Source: Pseudomonadota bacterium (GTDB lineage Bacteria > Pseudomonadota > Gammaproteobacteria > Steroidobacterales > Woeseiaceae). From it: a stretch of DNA of 64,000 nt. The stretch is from assembly GCA_039815365.1 (NCBI GenBank), contig JBCBZK010000002.1, forward strand, positions 6,425-70,424, written 5' to 3'. Below, piece after piece: positions 1 to 8,424 of the stretch. Position numbers and translations under genes: made by a program. Numbering within the stretch: the first letter of the stretch is position 1; every line of letters begins with the position of its first letter. Below the pieces are notes generated by a model. It saw nothing but the letters and a program-made list of their open reading frames with translations, was not told the DNA's origin and ran no database searches.

Positions 1-1884
1 GCAATTTCAGGCTACCAACCCAGAACCTCGCAGCGTCTGATGGCGCAGGCCGTGACCGATGCGTTGCAGTCTGACGAGTCGTTGGTGGTGGAGGCAGGCA
101 CCGGCACCGGTAAGACGTTTGCGTATTTACTACCCGCGCTACTATCAGGCGCGCGCACGATCGTATCGACCGGTACTCGGGCATTGCAGGACCAGCTGTA
201 TCACCGTGATCTTCCATTGATTGCCAAGGCCGTCGGCAGACCGGTCAGTTCGGCGTTGCTAAAGGGCCGCGCGAATTATCTGTGTTTACAACGGCTGGAG
301 AATGCGCTGACCGAGAATGGTGCGTTCACCGGTCAGGAATCGGCGGCCTTGCGCGCATGGCGCGATTCAACACACAGCGGTGATAAAGCGGAGGTCACTG
401 CAATCGCCGAAGACGCGACGCTATGGCCGCGGGTCACCTCGACGGCTGACAATTGCAGTGGACAGAAGTGCCCGTTCTACGATGATTGCTATGTCGCGAA
501 GGCGCGGCGCGATGCGCAAAAGGCAGATTTAGTGGTGGTCAACCATCATTTGCTGCTCGCAGACCTTGCGTTCCGCGAGGGCGGTTTCGTCGAGTTTCTG
601 CCTGACGCTGATGCGATCATTATAGATGAGGCACATCAGTTGCCCGACATCGCGCTGACTTTTTTCGGTGTGAGTTTATCGCTGCGACAATTCAATGAGC
701 TGTTCGATGAGTTAGAAGTGCTGCTGTCGGCGATAGGTGGACCTGTGTTCGACGATGCGCTACGCGAGTCGCGCACCGCAACACTCAAAGTGCGCGAGCA
801 TGCACCCGTGGCCGCTGGGCGCTATGACCAGTCTGGCATCAGCGATGCGCTCACGGCGCAATTGGGAACGCTTGCAGATGCGTTGCAAGCACTGGTCGAT
901 ACGATCGATGCGTTAGGTGATGCCGTTGACGGCATTGATGCGTTGCTGGATCGTTTGCTGCGCCTGTACGATCGGCTGCGCATCGTGTCGGCCGACGATG
1001 ACGAAGAAGGATTGCGGTGGCTGGACGTGACGCAGCGGGGGATGCGTTGGCACATGACGCCGCTGGATGTCTCGGAGCGCATGCGTGCGGCCGTCGATGC
1101 GACCGAGGCAGCCTGGATTTTTACATCTGCGACGCTGGCCGTTGGCGAAAAATTCTCGCATTTCACCGATCGACTCGGTTTGAATGACGCTCGCTGCCTG
1201 AAGTTTGAAACGCCGTTCGATCTGGCCAGCCGCTCGCGCCTGTTTGTGCCGCGTGATCTTCCCGCGCCTAACACCGAGCACTACATTCCTGCATTGTTGC
1301 GAGAGATCGCCCCTTTGCTGGCACACGTTGATGGCGGAGTGTTTTTTCTGCACACGAGTTATCGTGCACTGAATCAGAGCGCCGCCTGGTTTGACGAACG
1401 TCCGGCATTGCTCGGTGACCGGCCGCTTTATGTGCAGGGCGATGCGCCGCGCGGACAGCTGCTCGAGTCGTTCCGCAAGGAGGGTAATGCCGTGCTGTTG
1501 GCAACGGGCACGTTTTGGGAGGGGGTCGACGTGCGTGGTCGCGCATTACGCATGGTAGTGATCGACAAGTTGCCATTTGCGTCTCCGGATGACCCGATGT
1601 TGGTTGCGCGCAGTGCTTTTTTGCGCTCGCAACAACGCAACCCATTTGTCGAACAGCAGTTGCCAGAGGCAGTCCTTGCACTAAAGCAAGGGGTAGGGCG
1701 CCTGTTGCGCGATGTCGATGACTTCGGGGTCATTGCCATTGGCGATCCGCGACTGTATTCGAAGGGATATGGCAAAACGTTTCTGTCGGCGCTCGCGCCG
1801 GTCCCGGTGACTGATACCGCCGACGATATCGCGCGTTTTCTCGATGGATTCGATCAGGGCGACTCTGTGTCGGTTGCGCAATGA
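1..1884 (+). CDS. yoaA: ATP-dependent DNA helicase, DinG/YoaA (XPD-like Fe-S) family; 5' end cut by window edge
   Basis: Frame 1 is open from nt 1, and AISGYQPRTSQRL precedes the listed ATG at 40. Walker A AGTGTGKT, DEAH box IIDEAHQL, and a Cys cluster CSGQKCPFYDDC typical of DinG/XPD helicases. Confidence 0.85.
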   Translation, partial: AISGYQPRTSQRLMAQAVTDALQSDESLVVEAGTGTGKTFAYLLPALLSGARTIVSTGTRALQDQLYHRDLPLIAKAVGRPVSSALLKGRANYLCLQRLENALTENGAFTGQESAALRAWRDSTHSGDKAEVTAIAEDATLWPRVTSTADNCSGQKCPFYDDCYVAKARRDAQKADLVVVNHHLLLADLAFREGGFVEFLPDADAIIIDEAHQLPDIALTFFGVSLSLRQFNELFDELEVLLSAIGGPVFDDALRESRTATLKVREHAPVAAGRYDQSGISDALTAQLGTLADALQALVDTIDALGDAVDGIDALLDRLLRLYDRLRIVSADDDEEGLRWLDVTQRGMRWHMTPLDVSERMRAAVDATEAAWIFTSATLAVGEKFSHFTDRLGLNDARCLKFETPFDLASRSRLFVPRDLPAPNTEHYIPALLREIAPLLAHVDGGVFFLHTSYRALNQSAAWFDERPALLGDRPLYVQGDAPRGQLLESFRKEGNAVLLATGTFWEGVDVRGRALRMVVIDKLPFASPDDPMLVARSAFLRSQQRNPFVEQQLPEAVLALKQGVGRLLRDVDDFGVIAIGDPRLYSKGYGKTFLSALAPVPVTDTADDIARFLDGFDQGDSVSVAQ

Positions 1885-2585
1885 GCGTTCGCAATCTGTT
1901 GTGCATTGACGCATCGTCTAACGTCTGTTCGCTGGCAGCACAAAGCGCTAGCGGTGTTTTCAGTGTGAGTGAAGATCAGGCGGGTAGTCATGCCAGTAGC
2001 CTGATGGCGCTGTTGGACGGGATTCTAGAGGACGCGCAACTGTCGCCCGAGGTGCTGGATGGCATTGTGTACGGTTGTGGTCCCGGTTCTTTTACGGGTG
2101 TGCGAATCGGCATCGCTCTGGCGCAAGGTCTGGCGCATGGTGCGCAAATAAAGATGTTGCCGGTCTCCAGTCTTCGTAACATTGCGCAGCAATGGTTCGA
2201 CAAGTATCCCGACGATGACGTTGTCGATGTGGCTATCGATGCGCGCATGGGCGAGTGGTACGTGAGCCGTTGCACGCGCGACGCACGCGGTATCGCAAAC
2301 ACTGTGGGCGAGGAAGTGTTGGCGGAGCCGGGCCCGTGGTTATCCACACGCGATGCGCAAACGCCGGTTTACGTTGGCATCGCGGCACTCGACGATGCGC
2401 AGCGTCAGCTCGCACAGGTGCGCAAATTGCGCCTGACGGTGGGTTTGGCTGCACCATCCGCGCGCACGGCATTAGCGATAGCGCAAACGGCGGATGTTGC
2501 TGATTGGCATGCCGCGGAGACGGCCGCCGCCAGCTATGTGCGGGACAAAGTCGCACAGACGATCGCCGAGCGTGAAACGCGATAG
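1881..2585 (+). CDS. tsaB: tRNA N6-threonylcarbamoyladenosine synthesis protein TsaB (YeaZ)
   Basis: 234 aa with the GPGSFTGVRIG motif. ATGA start/stop overlap with the upstream helicase. Confidence 0.85.
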   Translation: MSVRNLLCIDASSNVCSLAAQSASGVFSVSEDQAGSHASSLMALLDGILEDAQLSPEVLDGIVYGCGPGSFTGVRIGIALAQGLAHGAQIKMLPVSSLRNIAQQWFDKYPDDDVVDVAIDARMGEWYVSRCTRDARGIANTVGEEVLAEPGPWLSTRDAQTPVYVGIAALDDAQRQLAQVRKLRLTVGLAAPSARTALAIAQTADVADWHAAETAAASYVRDKVAQTIAERETR

Positions 2586-2605
2586 CACGCTTGTCGCGCC
2601 AGTGG

Positions 2606-2638
2606 TGTAACATTTCTGTAACGCCAACTGGTTGTAAT
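2606..2638 (+). promoter_or_regulatory. Candidate Pho box (TGTAAC-N5-TGTAAC) plus -10-like TGTAAT upstream of phoB
   Basis: TGTAAC at 2606-2611 and 2617-2622 (11-bp period). After a 10-nt gap, TGTAAT at 2633-2638. GGAGG at 2651-2655 and ATG at 2664. The same geometry occurs upstream of pstS. Confidence 0.5.
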
Positions 2639-2663
2639 GCTTCCGTAATTGGAGGCGGTAATT

Positions 2664-3356
2664 ATGAGTGGGTTACGGATTCTGGTAATTGAAGACGAGA
2701 TCGCTATTTCCGACATGGTGACGTTTCATTTGTCACGCGCCGGATATACGGTCGATCAGGCGCCGGATTGCAAAAGCGCGCGCGATCTCTTGGCCGAGAA
2801 TGGGGCTGACCTTGCTATCGTCGATTGGATGCTGCCGGATATGAGCGGCTTGGAGCTCGTCCGATCGTTACGTCGCGATTCCCAGCTTGAAGATATGGCG
2901 ATCATCATGCTGACAGCCCGCGCAGACGAACAAGACAAGATTCGGGGTCTTGACGGAGGCGCAGATGACTACATCACCAAACCGTTTTCCTCGCGTGAGT
3001 TATTGTCCAGAATTCAGGCAGTCATGCGTCGCTCCGCGCCATCCGCTCGGGAGACGCATATTGCGGGCAAACTCAAGATTGACGCTGTGGGCCATCGCGT
3101 TTTTGCCGGCGATGCGGAAGTCTCCTTAGGCCCGAAGGAGTACCGGCTTCTGAAATTCTTGTTGACGCATCCCGACCGCGTTTACTCGCGCGCACAGCTT
3201 CTTGATCGCGTCTGGGGCGCAACGGTCTACGTTGAAGAGCGCACCGTAGATGTTCACATACGTCGATTGCGAAAAGCGCTGGAAGCGCATGATGCGGACG
3301 GATTCATTCAAACGGTGCGTGGGGCGGGTTACCGGTTTTCCGTTCGGGTGGATTAG
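2664..3356 (+). CDS. phoB: Phosphate regulon response regulator PhoB (OmpR family)
   Basis: LRILVIEDE receiver domain and C-terminal winged helix (VDVHIRRLRKAL...RGAGYRF). ATG 2664 lies 8 nt after GGAGG; the ORF-track TTG at 2649 is unlikely. Confidence 0.93.
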   Translation: MSGLRILVIEDEIAISDMVTFHLSRAGYTVDQAPDCKSARDLLAENGADLAIVDWMLPDMSGLELVRSLRRDSQLEDMAIIMLTARADEQDKIRGLDGGADDYITKPFSSRELLSRIQAVMRRSAPSARETHIAGKLKIDAVGHRVFAGDAEVSLGPKEYRLLKFLLTHPDRVYSRAQLLDRVWGATVYVEERTVDVHIRRLRKALEAHDADGFIQTVRGAGYRFSVRVD

Positions 3357-4660
3357 TGCCTAGCGCCTGGCGACAACTTCTGCTCGGTTGCGGTGCACTG
3401 ATCGCGGTAGGGTTTGCCATCGGCTATTACTTCGGCTTCCCGATGGTCGGCGCACTGATCGTGATGGCGGGCATATTGATCGCGCACTTTCGACAGCTGG
3501 TCGCGCTCGACAAAACCCTTCAGTTACGCAAGCCCGTTCAGGTGCCTGATGGCGATGGTATCTGGGCGCGAGTGCTGGCAAGCGTACGCTACCAACAGCA
3601 ACGTGTGCGTCGCATGAAGCGCCGTTACAGGCGCCTGATGAAAGAAATCCGGCAATCAACGAATGCCCTTCCCGATGGCGTTATTGCACTGACTGACACC
3701 AATGTCATCCAGCGCTTCAATGCGGCGGCGCAGGATCTTGTCGGATTGCAGCGGCGACGCGATCGCGGGCAACGCATCGATAACCTGCTGCGCCACCCGG
3801 ACTTTCTGGAGTATCTTGGCGAAACCGACTACGAAAACCCGGTCGTGATTCCGTCTCCGAAACTGGAAGATCGTTGGCTCAGCATCAGGATCGTGCCGTA
3901 CAACAATAATAGTCGTTTGCTGGTCATCCGCGATATCACCGAGCGAACGCGTCTGTCCCGGATGCGGCGCGATTTCGTTGCCAATGCATCGCATGAACTG
4001 CGCACACCGTTGACTGTGATCAGCGGTTACCTTGAAGCGATGGAGGAAGACGGCAGTCTTGATGACGAGTGGGAGAAACCGCTGAGCGAAATGACGCAAC
4101 AGACTAATCGCATGCGTGACATTCTTGATCAGCTGTTGGCATTGTCGCGACTGGAAGTGAGTGCGCCGGCGTCCACCAGTACGACGGTAGACATGGCCGC
4201 TGTCATTGGCGAGTGCGTCTCACTTTTGACGGCAGGCCAACAGCGCATTGTTGTCGCGATTGAAAGCGACGCTTTGGTGTTGGGTGAGTACAACGAGCTC
4301 GTGTCCATCGTCAGTAATCTGATCGGTAACGCACTGCGGTATAGCTGGCCGGATACGCCGATCGGTGTCACCTGGCAAGACCATGAGGGCGGCGCGATGC
4401 TTACGGTCAGCGATCAGGGCGATGGTATTGCTGACGATGACATACCGCGCCTGACCGAACGATTCTTCCGCGTCAATCGAGGACGTGCACGCGATTCTGG
4501 CGGCATCGGACTTGGGCTTGCGATCGTCAAGCACTCATTGGCGCGGCATGATGCGCAGCTGCAGATTACGAGCGAATTGCGCGTGGGATCTGTATTTGGT
4601 TGCGTGTTTCCCGCTGAACGTATTGTGGGTCAATCAGCTGACAGGGCCGCTGCTGGCTAG
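3356..4660 (+). CDS. phoR: Phosphate regulon sensor histidine kinase PhoR
   Basis: N-terminal TM segments, a PAS-like region, H-box FVANASHELRTPLT and an ATPase domain (GIGLGLAIVKH). GTG start overlaps the phoB stop by 1 nt. Confidence 0.9.
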   Translation: MPSAWRQLLLGCGALIAVGFAIGYYFGFPMVGALIVMAGILIAHFRQLVALDKTLQLRKPVQVPDGDGIWARVLASVRYQQQRVRRMKRRYRRLMKEIRQSTNALPDGVIALTDTNVIQRFNAAAQDLVGLQRRRDRGQRIDNLLRHPDFLEYLGETDYENPVVIPSPKLEDRWLSIRIVPYNNNSRLLVIRDITERTRLSRMRRDFVANASHELRTPLTVISGYLEAMEEDGSLDDEWEKPLSEMTQQTNRMRDILDQLLALSRLEVSAPASTSTTVDMAAVIGECVSLLTAGQQRIVVAIESDALVLGEYNELVSIVSNLIGNALRYSWPDTPIGVTWQDHEGGAMLTVSDQGDGIADDDIPRLTERFFRVNRGRARDSGGIGLGLAIVKHSLARHDAQLQITSELRVGSVFGCVFPAERIVGQSADRAAAG

Positions 4661-4685
4661 TCGCAGCCCTATTAACCGCGTTGTT

Positions 4686-4719
4686 CGGCGGCGCTCTCGC
4701 GAACCCGCCGCCGTTTGTG
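4686..4719 (+). terminator. Possible intrinsic terminator after phoR
   Basis: 8-bp GC stem CGGCGGCG (4686-4693) / CGCCGCCG (4706-4713) with a 12-nt loop, followed by TTTGTG (a weak U tract). Confidence 0.4.
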
Positions 4720-4793
4720 CGGTCAATAACCTTGCTACACTTGCCACTGTCAGGAGCGCCTGGATCAGGCGCGTGGCGCGATGAAGAACACTT

Positions 4794-5513
4794 ATGAAAG
4801 AACTCAATCACCACATCTCCAGACGATTCAACAAAGATCTTGAGGATCTTCGCAACAGCGTGCTTGCGATGGGCGGATTGGTCGAAACACAGCTGACCAA
4901 GGCGATCGAGGCGGTGGTTTCCGGCAACAGCGAATTGGGTCTGCAGGTCGCGCACGACGACTATAAGGTCAATCGGTTCGAGGTCAATATTGATGAGGAA
5001 TGCAGCCGTATTCTCGCCACACGTGGCCCGACAGCGTCGGACTTGCGACTCATCGTTGCGATTATCAAGACCATCACCGATCTCGAACGTATCGGTGATG
5101 AAGCTGAGAAGATCGGTTTTCTTGCATCCAAGCTTGCCAATATGGACCGACCGGCGGATTCTTATCGCGAGCTCAAAACGTTAGGGTCTCAGGTTAAACA
5201 GATGTTGCATTCGGCGATGGATGCATTTGCCCGTCTGGACGCCGAGGCGGCACTGAATACCGTGCGCGAAGATGAGTTTGTGGATGAAGAATACGAACGC
5301 ATTCAGCGCCAGTGCATTACCTTCATGATGGAGGACCCGCGTACGATCAAGCGCGTGATGAACGTGACCTGGGCGGCACGTTCGCTGGAGCGCATCGGTG
5401 ATCACTCCAAGAACATTTGTGAGTACGTGATTTTTATGGTGTACGGAAAAGATGTCAGACATACCAATGTCGACGACGTAGAAAACAACGTGATCAGAGG
5501 CGAAGAGTCATGA
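4794..5513 (+). CDS. phoU: Phosphate signalling complex protein PhoU
   Basis: 239 aa with two PhoU repeats (DLERIGDEAEKI and SLERIGDHSKNI). Confidence 0.92.
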   Translation: MKELNHHISRRFNKDLEDLRNSVLAMGGLVETQLTKAIEAVVSGNSELGLQVAHDDYKVNRFEVNIDEECSRILATRGPTASDLRLIVAIIKTITDLERIGDEAEKIGFLASKLANMDRPADSYRELKTLGSQVKQMLHSAMDAFARLDAEAALNTVREDEFVDEEYERIQRQCITFMMEDPRTIKRVMNVTWAARSLERIGDHSKNICEYVIFMVYGKDVRHTNVDDVENNVIRGEES

Positions 5514-6022
5514 CATATCCCGGCTGGCGACTTGCCAACGCGCTGACGTTCGCAGCGTGCGCGGCTATGATGGCGTTCGCACTATTCGCTGAACACGTGC
5601 TGGAGCTGTATCCCTGCCCACTGTGTATTTTTCAGCGCGTTGCGGTGATTTTTCTGGGGATGATTGCGCTGCTCGCGGCACTGCACAACCCGCGCGGTGG
5701 CGGGCGATACGTATACAGCGTGCTCTGTGTGATCGCAGGCGGCACCGGGATTGCGGTTGCAGCTCGACATGTTTGGCTGCAAAACCTGCCGCCTGATCAA
5801 GTGCCAAGCTGCGGCGGCGCGAGTCTTGACTACATGCTGGACACGCTGCCGCTCGGCGAGGTTCTAAACAAAGTGCTGACAGCTTCCGGGGAGTGCGCCG
5901 AAGTGTCCTGGCGGTTCCTGTCGCTCAGCATGCCGATGTGGCTATTGATCCTGCTGTGCGCATTGATGCTGTGGATCGTCAGTACCGCCGTTTGGTCTCG
6001 CCCAAATAACAGGCAAGCTTAG
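5510..6022 (+). CDS. dsbB: Disulfide bond formation protein B
   Basis: 170 aa, four hydrophobic segments, and CPLC plus a second Cys pair (SCGG...GECAEV) as in DsbB. ATGA overlap with the phoU stop. Confidence 0.85.
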   Translation: MTYPGWRLANALTFAACAAMMAFALFAEHVLELYPCPLCIFQRVAVIFLGMIALLAALHNPRGGGRYVYSVLCVIAGGTGIAVAARHVWLQNLPPDQVPSCGGASLDYMLDTLPLGEVLNKVLTASGECAEVSWRFLSLSMPMWLLILLCALMLWIVSTAVWSRPNNRQA

Positions 6023-7203
6023 GCCTCAAGCAACAACGACGTCGTAATGTCGTAATAGATGTCGCTCAGTACAGCGACATCGTCGATCCGCACGTGTTCA
6101 TTGACCTTGTGAATCGATGCGTTGATAGGTCCGAGCTCGATGACATGCGTGCCGGTCGGGGCGATAAAACGACCGTCCGACGTCCCACCGCCAGTGGAGA
6201 GTTCAGTAGACAGCCCGGTGTGTTTGGTAATCGCGCGACTGACAGCGTCTGTTAGCACGCCCGGTTCTGTGAGGAACGGCTCGCCTGACAAGTGCCACTT
6301 CAATTCATAATCAACCCCGAGTGATTCGAGCACCTCGGTCACCGCATCGCGCAGTTGTTGGTGGTGCCACTCGGTCGAGTAACGAAAATTGAATCTTGCG
6401 AAACAGCTGCCAGGTGTCACATTCGGTGCGCCAGTGCCAGCGTCGACGTGGACGAACTGAAACGAGGTCGGCGGGAAGTGTTCATTGCCGTCGTCTAAAG
6501 GCATTGCGTACAGCGCTTGCAAAACAACGGCAAGATCCTCGATCGGGTTGTGTGCCAGCTGTGGGTAGGCGACATGACCTTGCACGCCTTTCAGCGTCAA
6601 CATGCCACTGAGCGAGCCGCGTCTGCCAATGCGGATAAGATCACCGAGTGCATCTTGGCTCGAAGGTTCACCTACCACGCACCAGTCGATGGTTTCGCCG
6701 CGCTCGCTGAGCGTCTGCATGACCTTGAGCGTGCCGTCTCTTGCCGGGCCTTCTTCATCGCTCGTGATCAGCATGGACAGACTGCCACTGGCCTCTGGGT
6801 AGTCGGCGACGAAGCGCTCCGCGGCAACCACCATTGCCGCCAGGCTTGCCTTCATATCCGCGGCACCGCGACCGTACATCACACCGTCAACTGTCGTCGG
6901 CTCAAAGGGTGGGTATTGCCATTGGTCAACGGGGCCTGTCGGTACGACATCGGTGTGTCCGGCAAAGCACAGCACAGGGCCTTCGCTGCCGCGTCGTGCC
7001 CATAAATTGTCGGTTGGCGCGGTCGGGTCACCGAAACGCAGGTGTTCGCAATGAAACCCGAGCGGTTCAAGTCGAGACGCAATGATCTGCTGACAGCCGG
7101 CGTCCTCAGGGGTGACTGATTCGCGGGCGATAAGTTGTTCTGTCAACGCAACAGCTGGGTGCGTGGACGCGTTAGCGTGTGTACTCATGCGCGTACTATG
7201 CAC
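6019..7203 (-). CDS. dapE: Succinyl-diaminopimelate desuccinylase
   Basis: M20 peptidase signatures (FAGHTDVVP, GRGAADMK, SDEEG). The start may instead be the Met at 7188. Confidence 0.9.
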   Translation of the reverse strand: MHSTRMSTHANASTHPAVALTEQLIARESVTPEDAGCQQIIASRLEPLGFHCEHLRFGDPTAPTDNLWARRGSEGPVLCFAGHTDVVPTGPVDQWQYPPFEPTTVDGVMYGRGAADMKASLAAMVVAAERFVADYPEASGSLSMLITSDEEGPARDGTLKVMQTLSERGETIDWCVVGEPSSQDALGDLIRIGRRGSLSGMLTLKGVQGHVAYPQLAHNPIEDLAVVLQALYAMPLDDGNEHFPPTSFQFVHVDAGTGAPNVTPGSCFARFNFRYSTEWHHQQLRDAVTEVLESLGVDYELKWHLSGEPFLTEPGVLTDAVSRAITKHTGLSTELSTGGGTSDGRFIAPTGTHVIELGPINASIHKVNEHVRIDDVAVLSDIYYDITTSLLLEA

Positions 7204-7261
7204 CGATTAGCGTCGTTTCGAAATAGCGCTCGATGGCGTGCAAGCCCTGTCTCAGCTATGT

Positions 7262-7294
7262 TGTAACAAATCTGTAACTTATGGTCACTAGGCT
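7262..7294 (+). promoter_or_regulatory. Candidate Pho box (TGTAAC-N5-TGTAAC) plus -10-like TAGGCT upstream of pstS
   Basis: TGTAAC at 7262-7267 and 7273-7278 (11-bp period). After a 10-nt gap, TAGGCT at 7289-7294. Identical half-site and geometry to the phoB upstream region. Confidence 0.5.
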
Positions 7295-7328
7295 TTGTCG
7301 CACTAAGTTGCACTTTGGAGTGAGAGAC

Positions 7329-8387
7329 GTGCGTGTTCATCGAGTGCTTCTCAGTGTTATCGCCAGTTTCGCCGGTATTTTGGCGCTCTCATCCTGTGCT
7401 CCGGGGCAGAGCGGCCGCAACTTTATTGTCATCGTCGGTTCTTCGACGATGTACCCGTTCTCGACGATCGTGGCCGAGCGATTTGGCCGGCGCACGTCAT
7501 TTAAAACACCAAAAGTTGAAGCGACCGGGTCGGGGGGCGGGTTCAAGCTATTTTGTGCGGGGATTGGCGTGCGGCATCCAGATATCACCAATAGTTCCCG
7601 CCGGATTAAACCGTCTGAGTTAAAGATGTGTGCCAGCAACGGCGTCGGCGGTGTGGTTGAAGTGAAAGTGGGTTATGACGGTATCGCCGTGGCCTATGCG
7701 GCGACCAACGAGACGCTTGAATTAACACTTAAGGATTTGTGGTTGGCTCTGGCGAAACAGGTGCCGGCGCCGGACGGTCAAGAAGCGCTTGTGAATAATC
7801 CGCATGTGCTGTGGTCCGATGTGAATGCTGCATTGCCGGCGGTACGTATCGAAGTGTTAGGGCCGCCACCGACGTCCGGCACGCGTGATGCCTTTGTCGA
7901 GTTGGCGATGGAAGGTGGCTGTCGCTCATTCAATTGGATTGCAGCAATGGCGTACGCCGATCGCGACGCGTTTCGTGATGTCTGTCATACACTGCGTGAG
8001 GATGGTGTTTTCACTGAAGTGGGTGAGAACGATAATCTCATTGTGCAAAAACTGAACGCGAATCCGGACGGATTAGGCATTTTGGGATTTAGCTTTCTCG
8101 ATCAGAACGCCGAGCAAGTGTTAGGTGCATCCATTGATGGTGTGGCCCCGACGTTTGAGAATATTGGCAACGGGCGATACCCGATTTCGCGCCCGCTGTA
8201 CTTCTATGTCAAGCAGGCACACGTTGACGTGATTCCCGGCCTGCGTGAGTTTCTGGGAGAGTTCACCAGTGATCGCTCATGGGGCGACGAAGGCTACCTC
8301 GCAAGTCGTGGCTTAGTGCCCATGCCGGAAAACGAGCGAGCACAGGTACTCGGTGATGTGCTGGCATTGACGCCCGTGTCGCTGTGA
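7329..8387 (+). CDS. pstS: Phosphate ABC transporter substrate-binding protein, PstS family (lipoprotein-type signal)
   Basis: IVGSSTMYPF and GSGGGF motifs of the PstS-family PBP. Signal peptide ends in the lipobox-like LSSC. GTG 7329 follows GGAG (7315-7318), whereas the ORF-track ATG 7281 lies inside the Pho box/promoter. Confidence 0.85.
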   Translation: MRVHRVLLSVIASFAGILALSSCAPGQSGRNFIVIVGSSTMYPFSTIVAERFGRRTSFKTPKVEATGSGGGFKLFCAGIGVRHPDITNSSRRIKPSELKMCASNGVGGVVEVKVGYDGIAVAYAATNETLELTLKDLWLALAKQVPAPDGQEALVNNPHVLWSDVNAALPAVRIEVLGPPPTSGTRDAFVELAMEGGCRSFNWIAAMAYADRDAFRDVCHTLREDGVFTEVGENDNLIVQKLNANPDGLGILGFSFLDQNAEQVLGASIDGVAPTFENIGNGRYPISRPLYFYVKQAHVDVIPGLREFLGEFTSDRSWGDEGYLASRGLVPMPENERAQVLGDVLALTPVSL

Positions 8388-8424
8388 GCGCGCGTCACAG
8401 AACGACCGCCGGAAGTCTGCGCTA

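Noticed and set aside
4733-4756. Direct repeat CTTGCTAC/CTTGCCAC followed by TGTCAGG upstream of phoU, considered as a third Pho box
   Set aside because: The period is 9 bp rather than 11 bp, and the half-site differs from the TGTAAC shared by the phoB and pstS promoters. I consider this insufficient.
7281-7328. ATG 7281 as the pstS start
   Set aside because: It lies inside the Pho box and -10 region. GTG 7329 has an SD and gives a proper signal peptide.
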